Shown piece by piece: positions 50,338-61,647 of a DNA stretch of 64,000 nucleotides; the stretch's first letter is position 1, and each line of letters starts with the position of its first letter. Under the pieces are notes generated by a model, which made no database searches, was not told where the DNA came from, and saw only the letters and a program-made list of their open reading frames with translations. The position numbers were made by a program, and so were the translations under genes. Location: positions 85,498,001 through 85,562,000 of the forward strand of contig NC_090326.1 of assembly GCF_035084215.1 (NCBI RefSeq), read 5' to 3'. The stretch comes from Heptranchias perlo (Eukaryota).

Positions 50338-51063
50338 TGTAATCTCGCACATACCCGTGTGTGTGCTGCTCCTGTCTTGCAAGAAGGCGGAATGAGTCAT
50401 ACTTTAGTGAGATGAGACCAGATACACAAAAACAAGCTGGTTTATTTTACAATTTTTAAGTTAACATACAGTGCAGCATTCAAAGTAAACCTCTGCTCAC
50501 TTCAGTTTAATTCTTTACATCTCCTCGTAGTAGAGGAAATAACAAATCGCACCGCAATGTCCCTATTAGTGCGCTAAATCAACTTTTTAGGACCAATGTT
50601 TCTGCTGGACCTGGTCGCCTCTTATCTTAAAAAGGTAGACTTGGCCCCTATCTGTCTCTCTGAAGCTTTCTAGAACTCAACTAGACCACATGTTCCCCTG
50701 TTCTCTTTGTTCTTTAACTGGGCTGAAAGACAGATAGTTGACCTCTAACCTTCTCCTTGTCCAGGGCTTGGTCAGTGGGGCTACCAATTAAAGTGGCTGC
50801 TGCCCCTGGATAGAATCCCTGAGAAACTATCTCCTGCAGTTTCTAAATATATCCCTAAAGTGTAAATGTTTGCTGGGATATTTCCTAATGAGCCTCCATT
50901 GCCTCGAGCAATCTGGATCTTTCAGCTTTAATACATATCCTCTCCCACGCCCACCACCCTCGCCCATGGCTGCTGTGGAGGATTTTAATTCTTTGTGAGC
51001 AAAATTTCATTTAATAGCATTTTAATAAAAATCATACCAAAATCTTTGCACAGTGATATAACA
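50338..51063 (-). mobile_element. Putative solo LTR (~725 bp)
   Basis: Inverted termini TGTTATATC..GAGATTACA (7/9); AATAAA on minus strand at ~50441-50446, ~100 nt from the end; no matching TSD. Confidence 0.4.
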
Positions 51064-51069
51064 GCTCTC

Positions 51070-51395
51070 TAATCTGGCACCACTGTGGTGACAGTCTGAG
51101 CATCTATGGAAGAAGCACAGAGTGGCCCTAGGGCATCTGTCATCAAGGCCTCTTTTGCAGATGTTTTTGGAGCTGCCACAAGCTCCATGTTGGACTGCGG
51201 TGTTGTAAAACCATCCTTCCACGCACTGCACATTTTGCGAGCTGATTTCTCCAGCCAAGCTGCAAAGTGCAGCATGTTGTCTGGCAACACCTCCATGCCT
51301 GCACTAACCCTTGACATTCTTTGGTATGCATCGTTCTTTTAAAATCAGGTTCCATGAAATCAAGATCCCCAGGCTCTTCAATTGAGAGTTGACTC
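51070..51395 (-). pseudogene. Decayed coiled-coil region of Harbinger Myb-type accessory ORF
   Basis: EPDFKRTM..MEVLPDNMLHFAAWLEKSARKMCS aligns with GPSFKRRM..QEQVPRTLSTIAQRMEESNSCMS (28835-28960). Confidence 0.55.
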
Positions 51396-51429
51396 TTAGA
51401 AGGGTTACAGAAACCTTCAATTTGAAAAT

Positions 51430-52045
51430 AAATTTGTTACGCAGACGTCAATATAACTTTACAGGATCCAGTTCCTTGCATTGGAAATTTAACCCTAGAA
51501 ATGCTGTTATTTTGTACATGGAAAGCTTTTATAAGAAACACTTACAGTAAACCCAACCAGTTTAGCAGAAGTGATAATAGGGAAAGGAGGTACACTTTAA
51601 ATGGTAAAGGTTTTAAATGGTGCATAGGATCAGAATGACCTTGGTGAGCAGGTGCAGGTTATGAAAGCTAGAAGCATAAATCGGTAAGGTGAGAGGCATG
51701 GGGGATAATTTTCAATCTCACGTCCTGAGCTGTAATCTGGTGAAGCAGATATCTCACCCATTGTAGACCCGGCCAAACAATGGGATGAAAATAGGCATGT
51801 TCCACGACAGGCAGGCAATCTGCTCCACCAAATTGCTGCCCAGGCGGTGATGGTGAAAATTATCCGCATAGAATACAAAAGCAAGGAGTTAATATTGAAC
51901 TTGTTAAAAAGAAAAACCTTAGGCCACAGTTGTAATGATGGGTACAATTTCGGATAACCCATCACAGGAATTATATAAAAACAATGGAAAAAGTGCAGCA
52001 TAGATTTTCTAGAATGTTATAGGGACTGAAGGGCTAGTGATATAA
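51430..52045 (+). mobile_element. Very old CR1 remnant split by a MITE
   Basis: YTLNGK, NDLGEQV, RG/IEYKSKELILNL rejoined across 51701-51867. Confidence 0.65.
51701..51867. mobile_element. 167-bp Harbinger-type MITE
   Basis: TIRs GGGGATAATTTTCA / reverse complement GCGGATAATTTTCA (13/14); flanks ATG/ATA; removal restores CR1 AGAGGCATAGAATAC. Confidence 0.85.
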
Positions 52046-52056
52046 AACAAGAGGAG

Positions 52057-52812
52057 GAAATTGCATTTATTGCACCTTATCACGTCCTCTGTATGTCACA
52101 AAGCACTTTCAATAACAACAACTTACAATTACATTATATTTAATGTAGAAAAGCTTTCCAACTGAAGGCTTACTTTTGAAATGCAATTAAATGAATTAAT
52201 GACCAGTTAAACTGTTATTGGTGGTGTAGATTGAAGGAACCATGTTGGCCATGACACCGGTAGATGTCCCAGATCTTCTTTGATGAACGCCACGGTGTCC
52301 GAATACATTGTTTCAATGTCGGTCTTTGCTCATGGTAACACTCTCACCTCTGAAAGGGTTCAAGCCCCACTTCAGGACTGGATCACATAATCTGGGCTGA
52401 CACTGCGGTGCAGTACTGAGGGAGTGCTGCATTGTTGGAGGTGCCGTCCTCCCGATAAGACGTTAAACCGAGGCCCCATCTGCCCCCTCACCAGGGACGT
52501 AAAAGATCCCCTTGCACTATTCAAAGACGAGCAGGGGAGTTCTCTGTGTGTCCTGGCCAACAATTATTCCTCAAACGCCACCAACAACAAATGAATAACT
52601 GGTCATTCATCTTATTGTTTTTTGGACCTTACTGTGTGCAAATTGACCAATGCATTTGCCCACAAAACAATAAAGGCTACAGTTCAAAAGTAATTAATTG
52701 GCTGTAAAGCAATTTAGGACGTACTGAAGATTGAAAGTTGCTGGAAAAATACAACTTCTTTCTTTCTATTCACCTGAGCAGGCAGGCAGGGCCTTAGTTT
52801 AACATCTCATCC
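52057..52812 (-). mobile_element. Deu-domain SINE (outer), split by an opposite-orientation copy
   Basis: Tail 52057-52300 and Deu start CACCTGAGCAGG..GTTTAACATCTCATCCAA 52770-52812. Confidence 0.7.
52318..52767 (+). mobile_element. Near full-length Deu-domain SINE (SacSINE1-like)
   Basis: GGTTCAAGCCCC B-box; GCAGTACTGAGGGAGTGCTGCA; AGACGTTAAACCGAGGCCCC..GACGTAAAAGATCCC..GAGCAGGGGAGTTCTC; tail TTCTTTCTTTC. Confidence 0.88.
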
Positions 52813-53552
52813 AAGATTAGGGCCTATTAGAAACCAAAAGGGTAACCTATGTGTGGAGGCGGAAGATGTGGGTATGGTTCTTAATGAATACTTTGCATCT
52901 GTCTTCACAAAAGAGGGGGACGATGCAGAGATTGTAGTTAAGGAGGAGGAATGTGAAATATTTGATGGGATACACATAATGAGAAAGGAAGTATTAAGGG
53001 GTTTAGCATCTTTGAAAGTAGATGAATCGCCAGGCCTGGATGAAATGTATCCCAGGCTGTTAAAAGAAGCCAGGGAGGCTCTGACCGTCATTTTCCGATT
53101 CTCCCTGGTTACAGGCCTAGTGCCGGAGGATTGAAGGAGTGCTAAAGTTGTACCATTCTTTAAGAAGGGAGAAAGAGATAGACCGAGTAATTATAGGCCA
53201 ATCAGTCCAACATCGATGGTGGGCAAATTGTTGGAATCAATTCTGAGGGGCAACATAAATCGTCATCTAGAAAGGCACGGGTTAATCAAGGACAGTTAGC
53301 ACGGATTTGTTAAGGGCAGATCGTGTCTGACTAACTTGATTGAATTTTTTGAGCAGGTAACAAGGAGGGTCGATGAGGGTAATGCATTTGATGTAGTGTA
53401 CATGGATTTTAGCAAGGCTTTTGACAAGGTCCCACATGGCAGACTGGTCAAGAAAGTAAAAGCCCATTGGATCCAAGGGAAGTGGCCAGTTGGAGCCAAA
53501 ATTGGTCCAGTGGCAGGAAGCAAAGGGTTATGGTTGATGGGTGTTTTTGTGA
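52813..53552 (+). mobile_element. Internal CR1 ORF2 fragment, truncated by the adjacent CR1
   Basis: LNEYFASVFTKE, SPGLDEMYPRLLKE, EFFEQVTRRVDEGNAFDVVYMDFSKAFDKVPH. Confidence 0.92.
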
Positions 53553-56505
53553 CATAGAAAAATAAGAGCAATAGTAGGCCATTCAGCCCTTTGAGCCTGC
53601 TCCACCATTCAATATGATCGTGGCTGATCCTCGATCTCAATATCATATTCCTGCTCTCTCCCCATACCCCTTGATGCCTTTTGTGTCCAGAAATCTATCT
53701 ATCTCCTTCTTAAATATATTCAGTAACTTGGCCTCCACAGCCTTCTGTGGAAGAGAATTCAACACCCTCTGAGTGAAGAAATTTCTCCACATCTCAGTCC
53801 TAAATGTCCCACCCTGTACCCTGAGACTGTGATCCCTCGTTCTAAACCCCCCAGCCAGGGGAAACATCCTCCCTGCATCCAGTCTGTCTATCCCTGTCAG
53901 AATTTTGTATGTTTCAATGAGATCCCCTCTCATTCTTCTAAACTCGAGTGAATACAGGCCTAGTCGACCCACTCTCTCCTCATGCGATAGTCCTGCCATC
54001 CCAAGAATTAGTCTGGTGAACCTTCGCTGCACTCCCTCTATGGCAAGTATATCCTTTCTTAGGTAAGGAGACCAAAACTGCACACAATACTACAGGTATA
54101 GTCTCCCAAGGCCCTGTATGATTGCAGTAAAACATCCTTGCTCCTGTACTCAAAACCTCTTGCAATGAAGGCCAACATACCATTTTCCTTCCTAACTGCT
54201 TGCTGCACCTGCATGTTTGCTTTCAGTGACTGGTGTACAAGGACTTCATTGCAAGAGGTTTTGAGTACAGGAGCAAGGATGTCTTACTGCAGTCATACAG
54301 GTCCCTTTGTACATCAACATTTCCCAATCTATCATCATTTAAATAATACTCTGCCTTTCTGTTTTTCCTTCCGAAGTGGATAACTTCACATTTATCCACG
54401 TTATACTGCATCTGCCATGTATTTGCCCACTCACTCAACTTGTCTAAATCGCCTTGAAGCCTCTTTGCATCCTCCTCACAATCCCACCTAGTCTTGTGTC
54501 ATCAGCAAACTTGGAAATATTACATTTGGTTCCCTCATCCAAATCATTGATATATATTGTGAATAGCTGGGGTCTAAGCACTGATCCCTGCGATACCCCA
54601 CTAGTCACCGCCTGCCACCCCAAAAAAGACCCATTTATTCCTACTCTCTGTTTCCTGTCTTTTAACCAATTTTCAATCCATGCCAGTATATTACCGCCAA
54701 TCCCATGTGCTTTAATTTTGCACAATAATCTCTTATGTGGGACTTTATCAAAGGCCTTCTGAAAATCCAAATACACCACATCCACTGGTTCTCCCTTATC
54801 TATTCTGTCAGTTACATCCTCAAAAAACTCCAGTAGGTTTGTCAAACACTATTTCCCTTTCATAAATCCATGTTGACTTTGTCTAATCCTGTTGATATTT
54901 TCTAAGTGTCCTGTTATCACATCCTTTATAATAGACTCTAGCATTTTCCCTACTACTGATGTTAGGCTAACCGGTCTGTAGTTCCCTGTTTTTTCTCTCC
55001 CTCCTTTTTTAAATAGTGGAGTTACATTCGCCCCCCTCCAATCTGCAGGAACTGTTCCATAATCTATAGAATTTTGGAAGATGACAACCAATGCATCCAA
55101 TATTTCCATGGTTACCTCTTTTAGTACTCTGGGATGCAGATTATCAGGCCCTGGGGATTTAGCGGCCTTTAGTCCCATTAATTTCTCCAGCACTTTTTTT
55201 TTACTAATACTAATTTCCTTTAATTCCTCCTTCTCACCAGACCCTTGGTTTCCTGCATTTCTGGGAAGTTATTTGTGTCCACTTCCGTGAAGACAGAACC
55301 AAAGTATTTGTTTAATTGCTCTGCCATTTCCTTGTTCCCCATTATAAATTCTCCCGTTTCTGACTGTAAGGGACCTACATTTGTCTTCACTAATCTTTTT
55401 CTTTTACATACTTGTAGAAGCTTTTACAGTCCACTTTTATGTTCCTTGCAAGTTTATTCTCACTCTCGATTTTTCCCCTCTTAATCAATCTTTTGGTCCT
55501 TTTTTGCTGAATTCTAAACTGCTCCCAACTCTCAGGCTTGCTACTTTTTCTGGCAACTTTTTACGACTCCTCTTTGGATCCAATACTATCCTTAATTTCT
55601 TCTATTCGCCATGGTTGGGCTGCTTTTCCTTTTGTGTTTTTGCACCAGAAAGGAATGTATAACTGTTGCATTCGTTCCTTAAATGTTAGCCATTGCCTAT
55701 CTACTGTCACGCCTTTTAATGAAGCTCCCCAATCTATCATAGCCAACTCACTCCTCATACCTTCGTAGTTTCCTTTGTTTAGATTTAGGACCCTAGTTTC
55801 GGATTGGACTACTTCACTTTCCATCTTAATGAAGAATTCTATCATGTTATGGTCACTCTTCCCTAAAGGACCCCGCACAACAAGATTATTAATTATCCCC
55901 TTCTCATTGCACAATACCCCATCTAGGATAGCCTGTTCCCTAGTTGGCTCCTCAATGTACTAGTCTATAAAACCATCTTGTACACATTCCAGGAATTCAT
56001 CCTCCACAGTATTATTGCTAATTTGGTTTAGCCAGTCTATATGTAGATTAAGGTCACCCACGATTACTGCAGTACCCTTGTTACATGCATCTCTAATTTC
56101 CTGTTTGATGCCATCCCCTACATTACCACTACTGTTTGGAGGCTTATTGACAACTCCCACCAGTGTTTTCTGACCCTTGGTGCTTCTTAGCTCCACCCAG
56201 ACTGATTGTACATCTTGTTTTTCTGAGCCAATATCCTTTCTCACTATTGCTCTGATTTCATCCTTTACTAACAACGTCACCCGACCTCCTTTTTCTTTTT
56301 GCCTGTCCTTCCTAAATATTGAATATCCTTGGATATTCAGCTCCCAGCCTTGGTCACTCTGCAGCCATGTCTCCGTAATCGCAATTATATCGTGTCCGTT
56401 TACATCTATTTGTGCTGTTAATTCATCTACCTTATTATGAATGCTTTGTGTTTTCAGATACAGTGCCTTTAGATTTGTCCTTTTAACATTTTCGGTTAGT
56501 CCCAA
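53553..56505 (-). mobile_element. CR1 with near-complete degenerate ORF2 (EN+RT)
   Basis: DIIAITETWL, LGKSDHNMIEF, KSPGPDNLHPRVLKE, NYRPVSLTS, YLDFQKAFDKVPH, KFADDT, 3' tail at 53553. Confidence 0.96.
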
Positions 56506-57230
56506 TGCTCTTGTGCTTTAACTCCTTCTGTGCTTTTATCCACTGAGTCTGGGACATGGGTGCCCAGTTTTGTGCATCACAAATTAAAAGGAGCTGACGG
56601 GGCAGCTCTGCAAAGTGCTGTGTGGGAATATATGAATCAGTCAGTTTTCATCAGCAAATGTAGATAAGCAAGCACAAGGGATCAAACATTGACTATCCAC
56701 ATAAAATTCAGATCGTTAGTATGTGCTTGACTTGTAAAGACTGATGTAAGACTGCCCATACTGACTTCAGTTAGAATCTTCACAGTCAGGAATTTGGGTA
56801 CATTTGAATATATGGATTAAAGCAGAAGAGGCAGTGTTTCAATCTATTCATATGCCGAAATACCAATATCAATGTAGTTTTGGCACCCAGTGAGGCGATA
56901 CATACTCTACTTCTAGAAATAATTTTCAAAACAGAGGGCTGATTTTCTTTTGATTGCCGTCCACCTAAAGTTGCAGGACTAGAATCACAGTGCCATCTTA
57001 TTGCCATTCCCATTTTCAGGTGGAGCTTGATTTGGGTGGCCAGAGCTCTTGCCAGAAACAGCCAGGGGCCTCATTAATATATATGCAAACTGGGGTCAAA
57101 TGACATTGTCGGGACCCCAGTGCCATTTTCATCTCTATCCATGTTACTGTCGCCAGTTGTTCAACCCATCTACAAGCCACGGATAATACAAGTCAGGAGG
57201 CAGGCATTTCCAGCAGTATTTAAAGGGATA

Positions 57231-59729
57231 TATAAGAACATACGAATTAAGAGCAGGTGTATGCCATTTGGCCCCTTGAGCCTGCTCTGCCATTTGATAA
57301 GATCATGGCTGATTTGATTGTTACCTCAACCTTACTTTCCCATCTACCTACTAAAACCTTTGACTGCCTTGTTAATCAGGAACCTATCTAACTCAGCCTT
57401 AAAAATATTCAATGACCCTGCCTCCACCGCTCTCTGGGGAAGGGAGTTCCACAGCCTCACGACCCTCTGAGAGAAAAAATTTCTCCTCATCTCCGTCTTA
57501 AATGGGAGACCCCTTATTTTTAAACTGTGGCCCCTAGTTCTAGTCTCTCCCACAAGGGGAAACATCCCCTCAGCATCTGCCCCTTCTAGTCCCCTCAAGA
57601 TCTTATCTGTTTCAATAAGATCAGCTCTCATTCTTCTAAACTCCAGTGTATTGGGGCCCAACTTGTCCAACCTTTCCTCATAAGATAACCCCCTCATTCC
57701 AGGAATCAGTCGAGTGAACCTTCTCTGAACCGCCTCCAAAGCAATTATGTCCTTAAATAAGGAGACCAAAACTGCACGCAGTATTCTAGATGTGGTCTCA
57801 CCAATGCCCTGTACAACTACAGCAAAACGTCTCTACTTTTATATTCCATTCCCCTTGCAATAAATAACAACATTCCATTTGCCTTCCTAATCACTTGCTG
57901 TACCTGCATACTAACTTTTTGTGATTCATGTACTAGGACACCCAGATCCCTCTGTACCTCAGAGTTCTGTAATCTCTCTCCATTTAAATAATATACTGCT
58001 TTTCTATTACTCCTGCCAAAGTGGACAAGTTCATATTTTCCCACATTATACTCCATCTGCCAAATCTTTGCCCACTCACTTAACCTACCTATATCCTTAT
58101 GTCCTTTTCACAACTTACTTTCCTACCTACTTCTTGTGTCATCAGCAAATTTAGCAACCATACATTCAGTCCCTTCATCCAAGTCATTGATATAGATTGT
58201 GAATAGTTGAGGCCTAAGCACTGATCCCTGTGGCACTCCACTTGTTACATCTTGCCAACCTGAAAATGACCCATTTATGCCTACTCTCTGTTTCCTGTTA
58301 GCTAACGAATCCTTTATCCATGCTAACATGTTACCCCCTACACTATGAGCTCTTATTTTGTGCAGTAGCCTTTAATGTGGCACCTTGTCAAAAACCTTCT
58401 GGAAATCCAAGTACACCACATCCACAGGATCCCCTTTATCCACATTGCTTGTTACTTCCTCAAAGAACTCTAATAAATTAGTCAAACACGATTTCCCTTT
58501 CACAAAGCTGTGTTGACTCTGCCTGATTGCATTGAGATTTTCTAAGTACCCTGCTATAACCTCCTTAATAATAGATTCTAGCATTTTCCTGATGACAGAT
58601 GTTAAGCTAACTGGCTTGTCGTTTCCTGCTTTCTATCTCCCTCCTTTCTTGAATAGAGGAGTTACATTTGCTATTTTCCAATCTGATGGGAACCTTCTAG
58701 AATCTAGGGAATTTTGGAAAATTAATACCAATGCATCTACTATCTCTGCAGCCACTTCTTTTAAGATCTTAGGATGAAGTTCGTCAGGACCTGGGCACTT
58801 GTCAGCTTTTAGTTCTAATATTTTTCAGAACCCTTTCCCTGGTGATTGTAAATGTTTTAAGTTCCTCTCTCCCTGTCACCTCTTGATTCACAATTATTTC
58901 TGGCTTGTTATTTGTATCATCTACAATGAAGACAGACGCAAAATATCTGTCCATTTCATTTCATCTGCCCTTATTCTCCATTATTAATTGCCCAGACTCA
59001 CTCTCTAGAGGACTAGCACTCACTTTACTTATTCTTTTCCTTTTGAAATATCTGTAGAAACTCTTACTATCTGTTTTTATATTTCTAGCTAGCTTTCTCT
59101 CGCATTCTAATTTCTCCCTCCTTATTATTCTTTTAGTCATTCTTTGCTGTTTTTTATATTCTGTCCAATCTTCTGACCTGATACTAATCTTCACTGAATT
59201 GTAAGCTTTTTCTTTCAATTTGATACTATCTTTAACTTCCTTAGTTAGCCACGGATGGTACGTCCTTCCCCTAGAGTCTTTCTTTCTCACTGGAATGTAT
59301 CTTTGCTGAGTGTTATGAAATATCTCATTAAATTTCTGCCACTGCATCTCTATTGAAATATCCCTCAACCTAATTTCCCAGTTGACTTTAGCCAGCTCTG
59401 TCTTCATGCCCTCATAATTGCCCTTATTTAAGTTTAAAACACTAGTCTTAGACTTACTCTTCTCTCCCTCAAACTGAATGCGAAATTTAATCATATTGCG
59501 ATCACTGCTACCTAGAGGCTCCTTTACAATGAGGTCATTAATTAATCCTGTCTCATTACACATTACCAGATCTAGAATAGCCTGCTCTCTGGTTGGCTCT
59601 CGAACATGCTGCTCTAAGAAACTGTCCCAAAAGCACTCTATGAACTCATCTTCCAGGCTACCTTTGCCAATCAGATTCTGCCAATCTATATGTAGATTAA
59701 AATCACCTATGATTATCGCTGTTCCTTTC
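57231..59729 (-). mobile_element. CR1, 5'-truncated within the EN domain
   Basis: [61 protein letters not shown], tail ATAAGAACATA. Confidence 0.96.
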
Positions 59730-59890
59730 TCACCTCACCTGCTCTCAGCTAAAATGATGTAAAGTTTTGAGAGACATTTTGCTTCTACTACATTATTTTT
59801 TTTGCTACTTCGATTACTTCAAAGTTCTTGTATTGGCCGTGCAATGTCCTGAATTCTTAAGGGGCTTCTAGAAACACACTTTTTTTCTTC

Positions 59891-61647
59891 ATGGGAGTCC
59901 TTCTGGCAATACCACTCTGTGTAGATGATGATGGAGGGAGGAGGAGATGCAGTATAGGAAAAAGCAGCAACCAAGCTGCATTTGCAGGAGGCCCAAATAA
60001 AAGGGGGCGTGCTCTCAGGAATCCTTACCCTCCCAACAGTGTCTATGGCCTTGATATTTGTGGGGAGGGAGTGGGGGTGCATGTCAGCAGCCAAGAAACT
60101 CGGAAATACGTGAAGGGCTGAGGTCCTGCTGAATTAGAATTAAGGCAGGACCGCATTAGAATTTTTTTCTCAGTTTTCCGGCCGGCAGCTGACCAGATTG
60201 AAAGGCTGGCCAACTGCCAGGCGAAAAGACCTGTGCTAGAAGGTCGCAGCCGGGGACTGGAGAGGAGGGAGGGAGGGAGAGAGATCGCAGGGGCGGAGGG
60301 GGGGTTGGTGATGTCAGCCGATCATGGCAGGTTTGCTTGGGGGGCCAGTGAGAAGCACTCCTGCTCGTCCTGTACCATAAGCAGTGCTGGAAAAGCGCTT
60401 ACCTGCTGGATTCAACAGTTTTTGCCACCCATTCGCCGCCGGGTATCCCGAGCCCTGGGAATCTCATGCTAGAGGCTGCAAAAATCTGAGGCACGCAGCC
60501 TCACTTAAATATTATAATTACCGACATGCCTCTCAAAAGCAGGTTACTCGCCCAACCCCCAACCCACCCAGGTTAAACAGAAGTGGGCATGTTCACGGTG
60601 GGTTGGGGTACGTTTTCCCATTTTTAAGAATCCCCCCCCCCCCCAACTCTGCCACTGACTGCCCATCCTGAGGGGTTAAAACTCTTCCCCCCACCCCCCC
60701 CCCCATAAATCCAGGACGATAGTCCTGTGGATTCCTAAGGAGCAGTGCCTAAGGAGGCAGCACTTCTCCAGGTGGACTGTCACAAAGTGCTGTCATCTCC
60801 TGCAACCAACTGCCAGAGCTAGCACATCAATTCCAGTTGCAGTCAAGGTCACTGTAGCCCTCAACTTCTCTGTCTCCAGCTCCTTGCAGGCAGCCACAGG
60901 GGATATGAGCAATATATGTCAGTCTGACATTGCAAGCAGGAAGCAGGTGATTGATACTAACACATTTATCACTTTCCCCATGGACGACTGGAAGCAGCAG
61001 AATAGGACCCTGAGGTTTGCTCAGATTGCAGGCTTCCCCCAAATCTGCACCCATGCTGCCCTGCAGACTCCTCTAATGACCTTCTGCCTTCACTAACCGC
61101 AAAGATTTCCATTATATTAATGTGCAACTGGTGTGTGATGATCTGCAGCACTTCATGCAGGTCTGTGCCGGCTTTCTCGGCAGCTGCTACGATGCTTTTA
61201 TCTTGTAGCAAACCTCCTTGTCCCTTCGCTCTTTGCCCCTGCACAATTTAGTGAGTGGATAGCTGCTTAGCATCTGCACATTTGACTCATGACCCTTCTC
61301 GTGCTCAGCAGCTGAATTGCACTACAATCAAATCCATGGCTCAACTCGAGCCCTCATCGAGCAGGCCACTGGAATCCTCAAGCAATGATTCTGCTGCCTG
61401 GACTGGTTTGGTAGCTTCCTTCAATACACCCACAAAGAGTGTTCTGTTTGATAGTAGTTTGCTGAAATCTGCATAACTTTGCTCTGCAACGGGGACAACA
61501 CATGGAGCCACCATTGGATAAGGAACATCAGCATGATGAGGGAGACAACACTGATGTATGGAGGATGGTGAAGAAGTAGGAGAGCTCCAACACCTGCATG
61601 CAGCCAAAGGTCTTTGACAACAGCTCATTGAAGAGCACTTTTGCTGA
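59891..61647 (+). pseudogene. Full-span decayed HARBI1-like transposase interrupted by a MITE
   Basis: M..RGRALRNPYPPNSVY/SP..KEQCLRR, PVAVKVTVALNF, FPMD, IAGFPQI, NRKDFHYINVQLVCD, FLGSCYDAFIL, YNQIHGSTRALIEQATGILKQ*F, LHNFALQRG, QQLIEEHFC*. Confidence 0.88.
60047..60717. mobile_element. Harbinger-type MITE nested in a Harbinger transposase gene
   Basis: Imperfect ~30-bp TIRs GGCCTTGATATTTGTGGGGAGGGAGTGGGGG vs reverse complement GTCCTGGATTTATG(n)TGGGGG; flanks TAT/GAT; family hairpin on minus strand 60338-60378. Confidence 0.75.

Noticed and set aside
50325-51063. 9-bp direct repeat GATATAACA as a Mutator-type TSD
   Set aside because: No TIRs inside the repeats; AT-rich match overlapping the putative LTR terminus, likely coincidental.
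52318-52380. tRNA gene
   Set aside because: tRNA-derived SINE head: degenerate cloverleaf followed by Deu domain and LINE-like tail.
53553-59729. Intact, active LINE reverse transcriptase genes
   Set aside because: All LINE ORF2s in the window are broken by stops, frameshifts or deletions.
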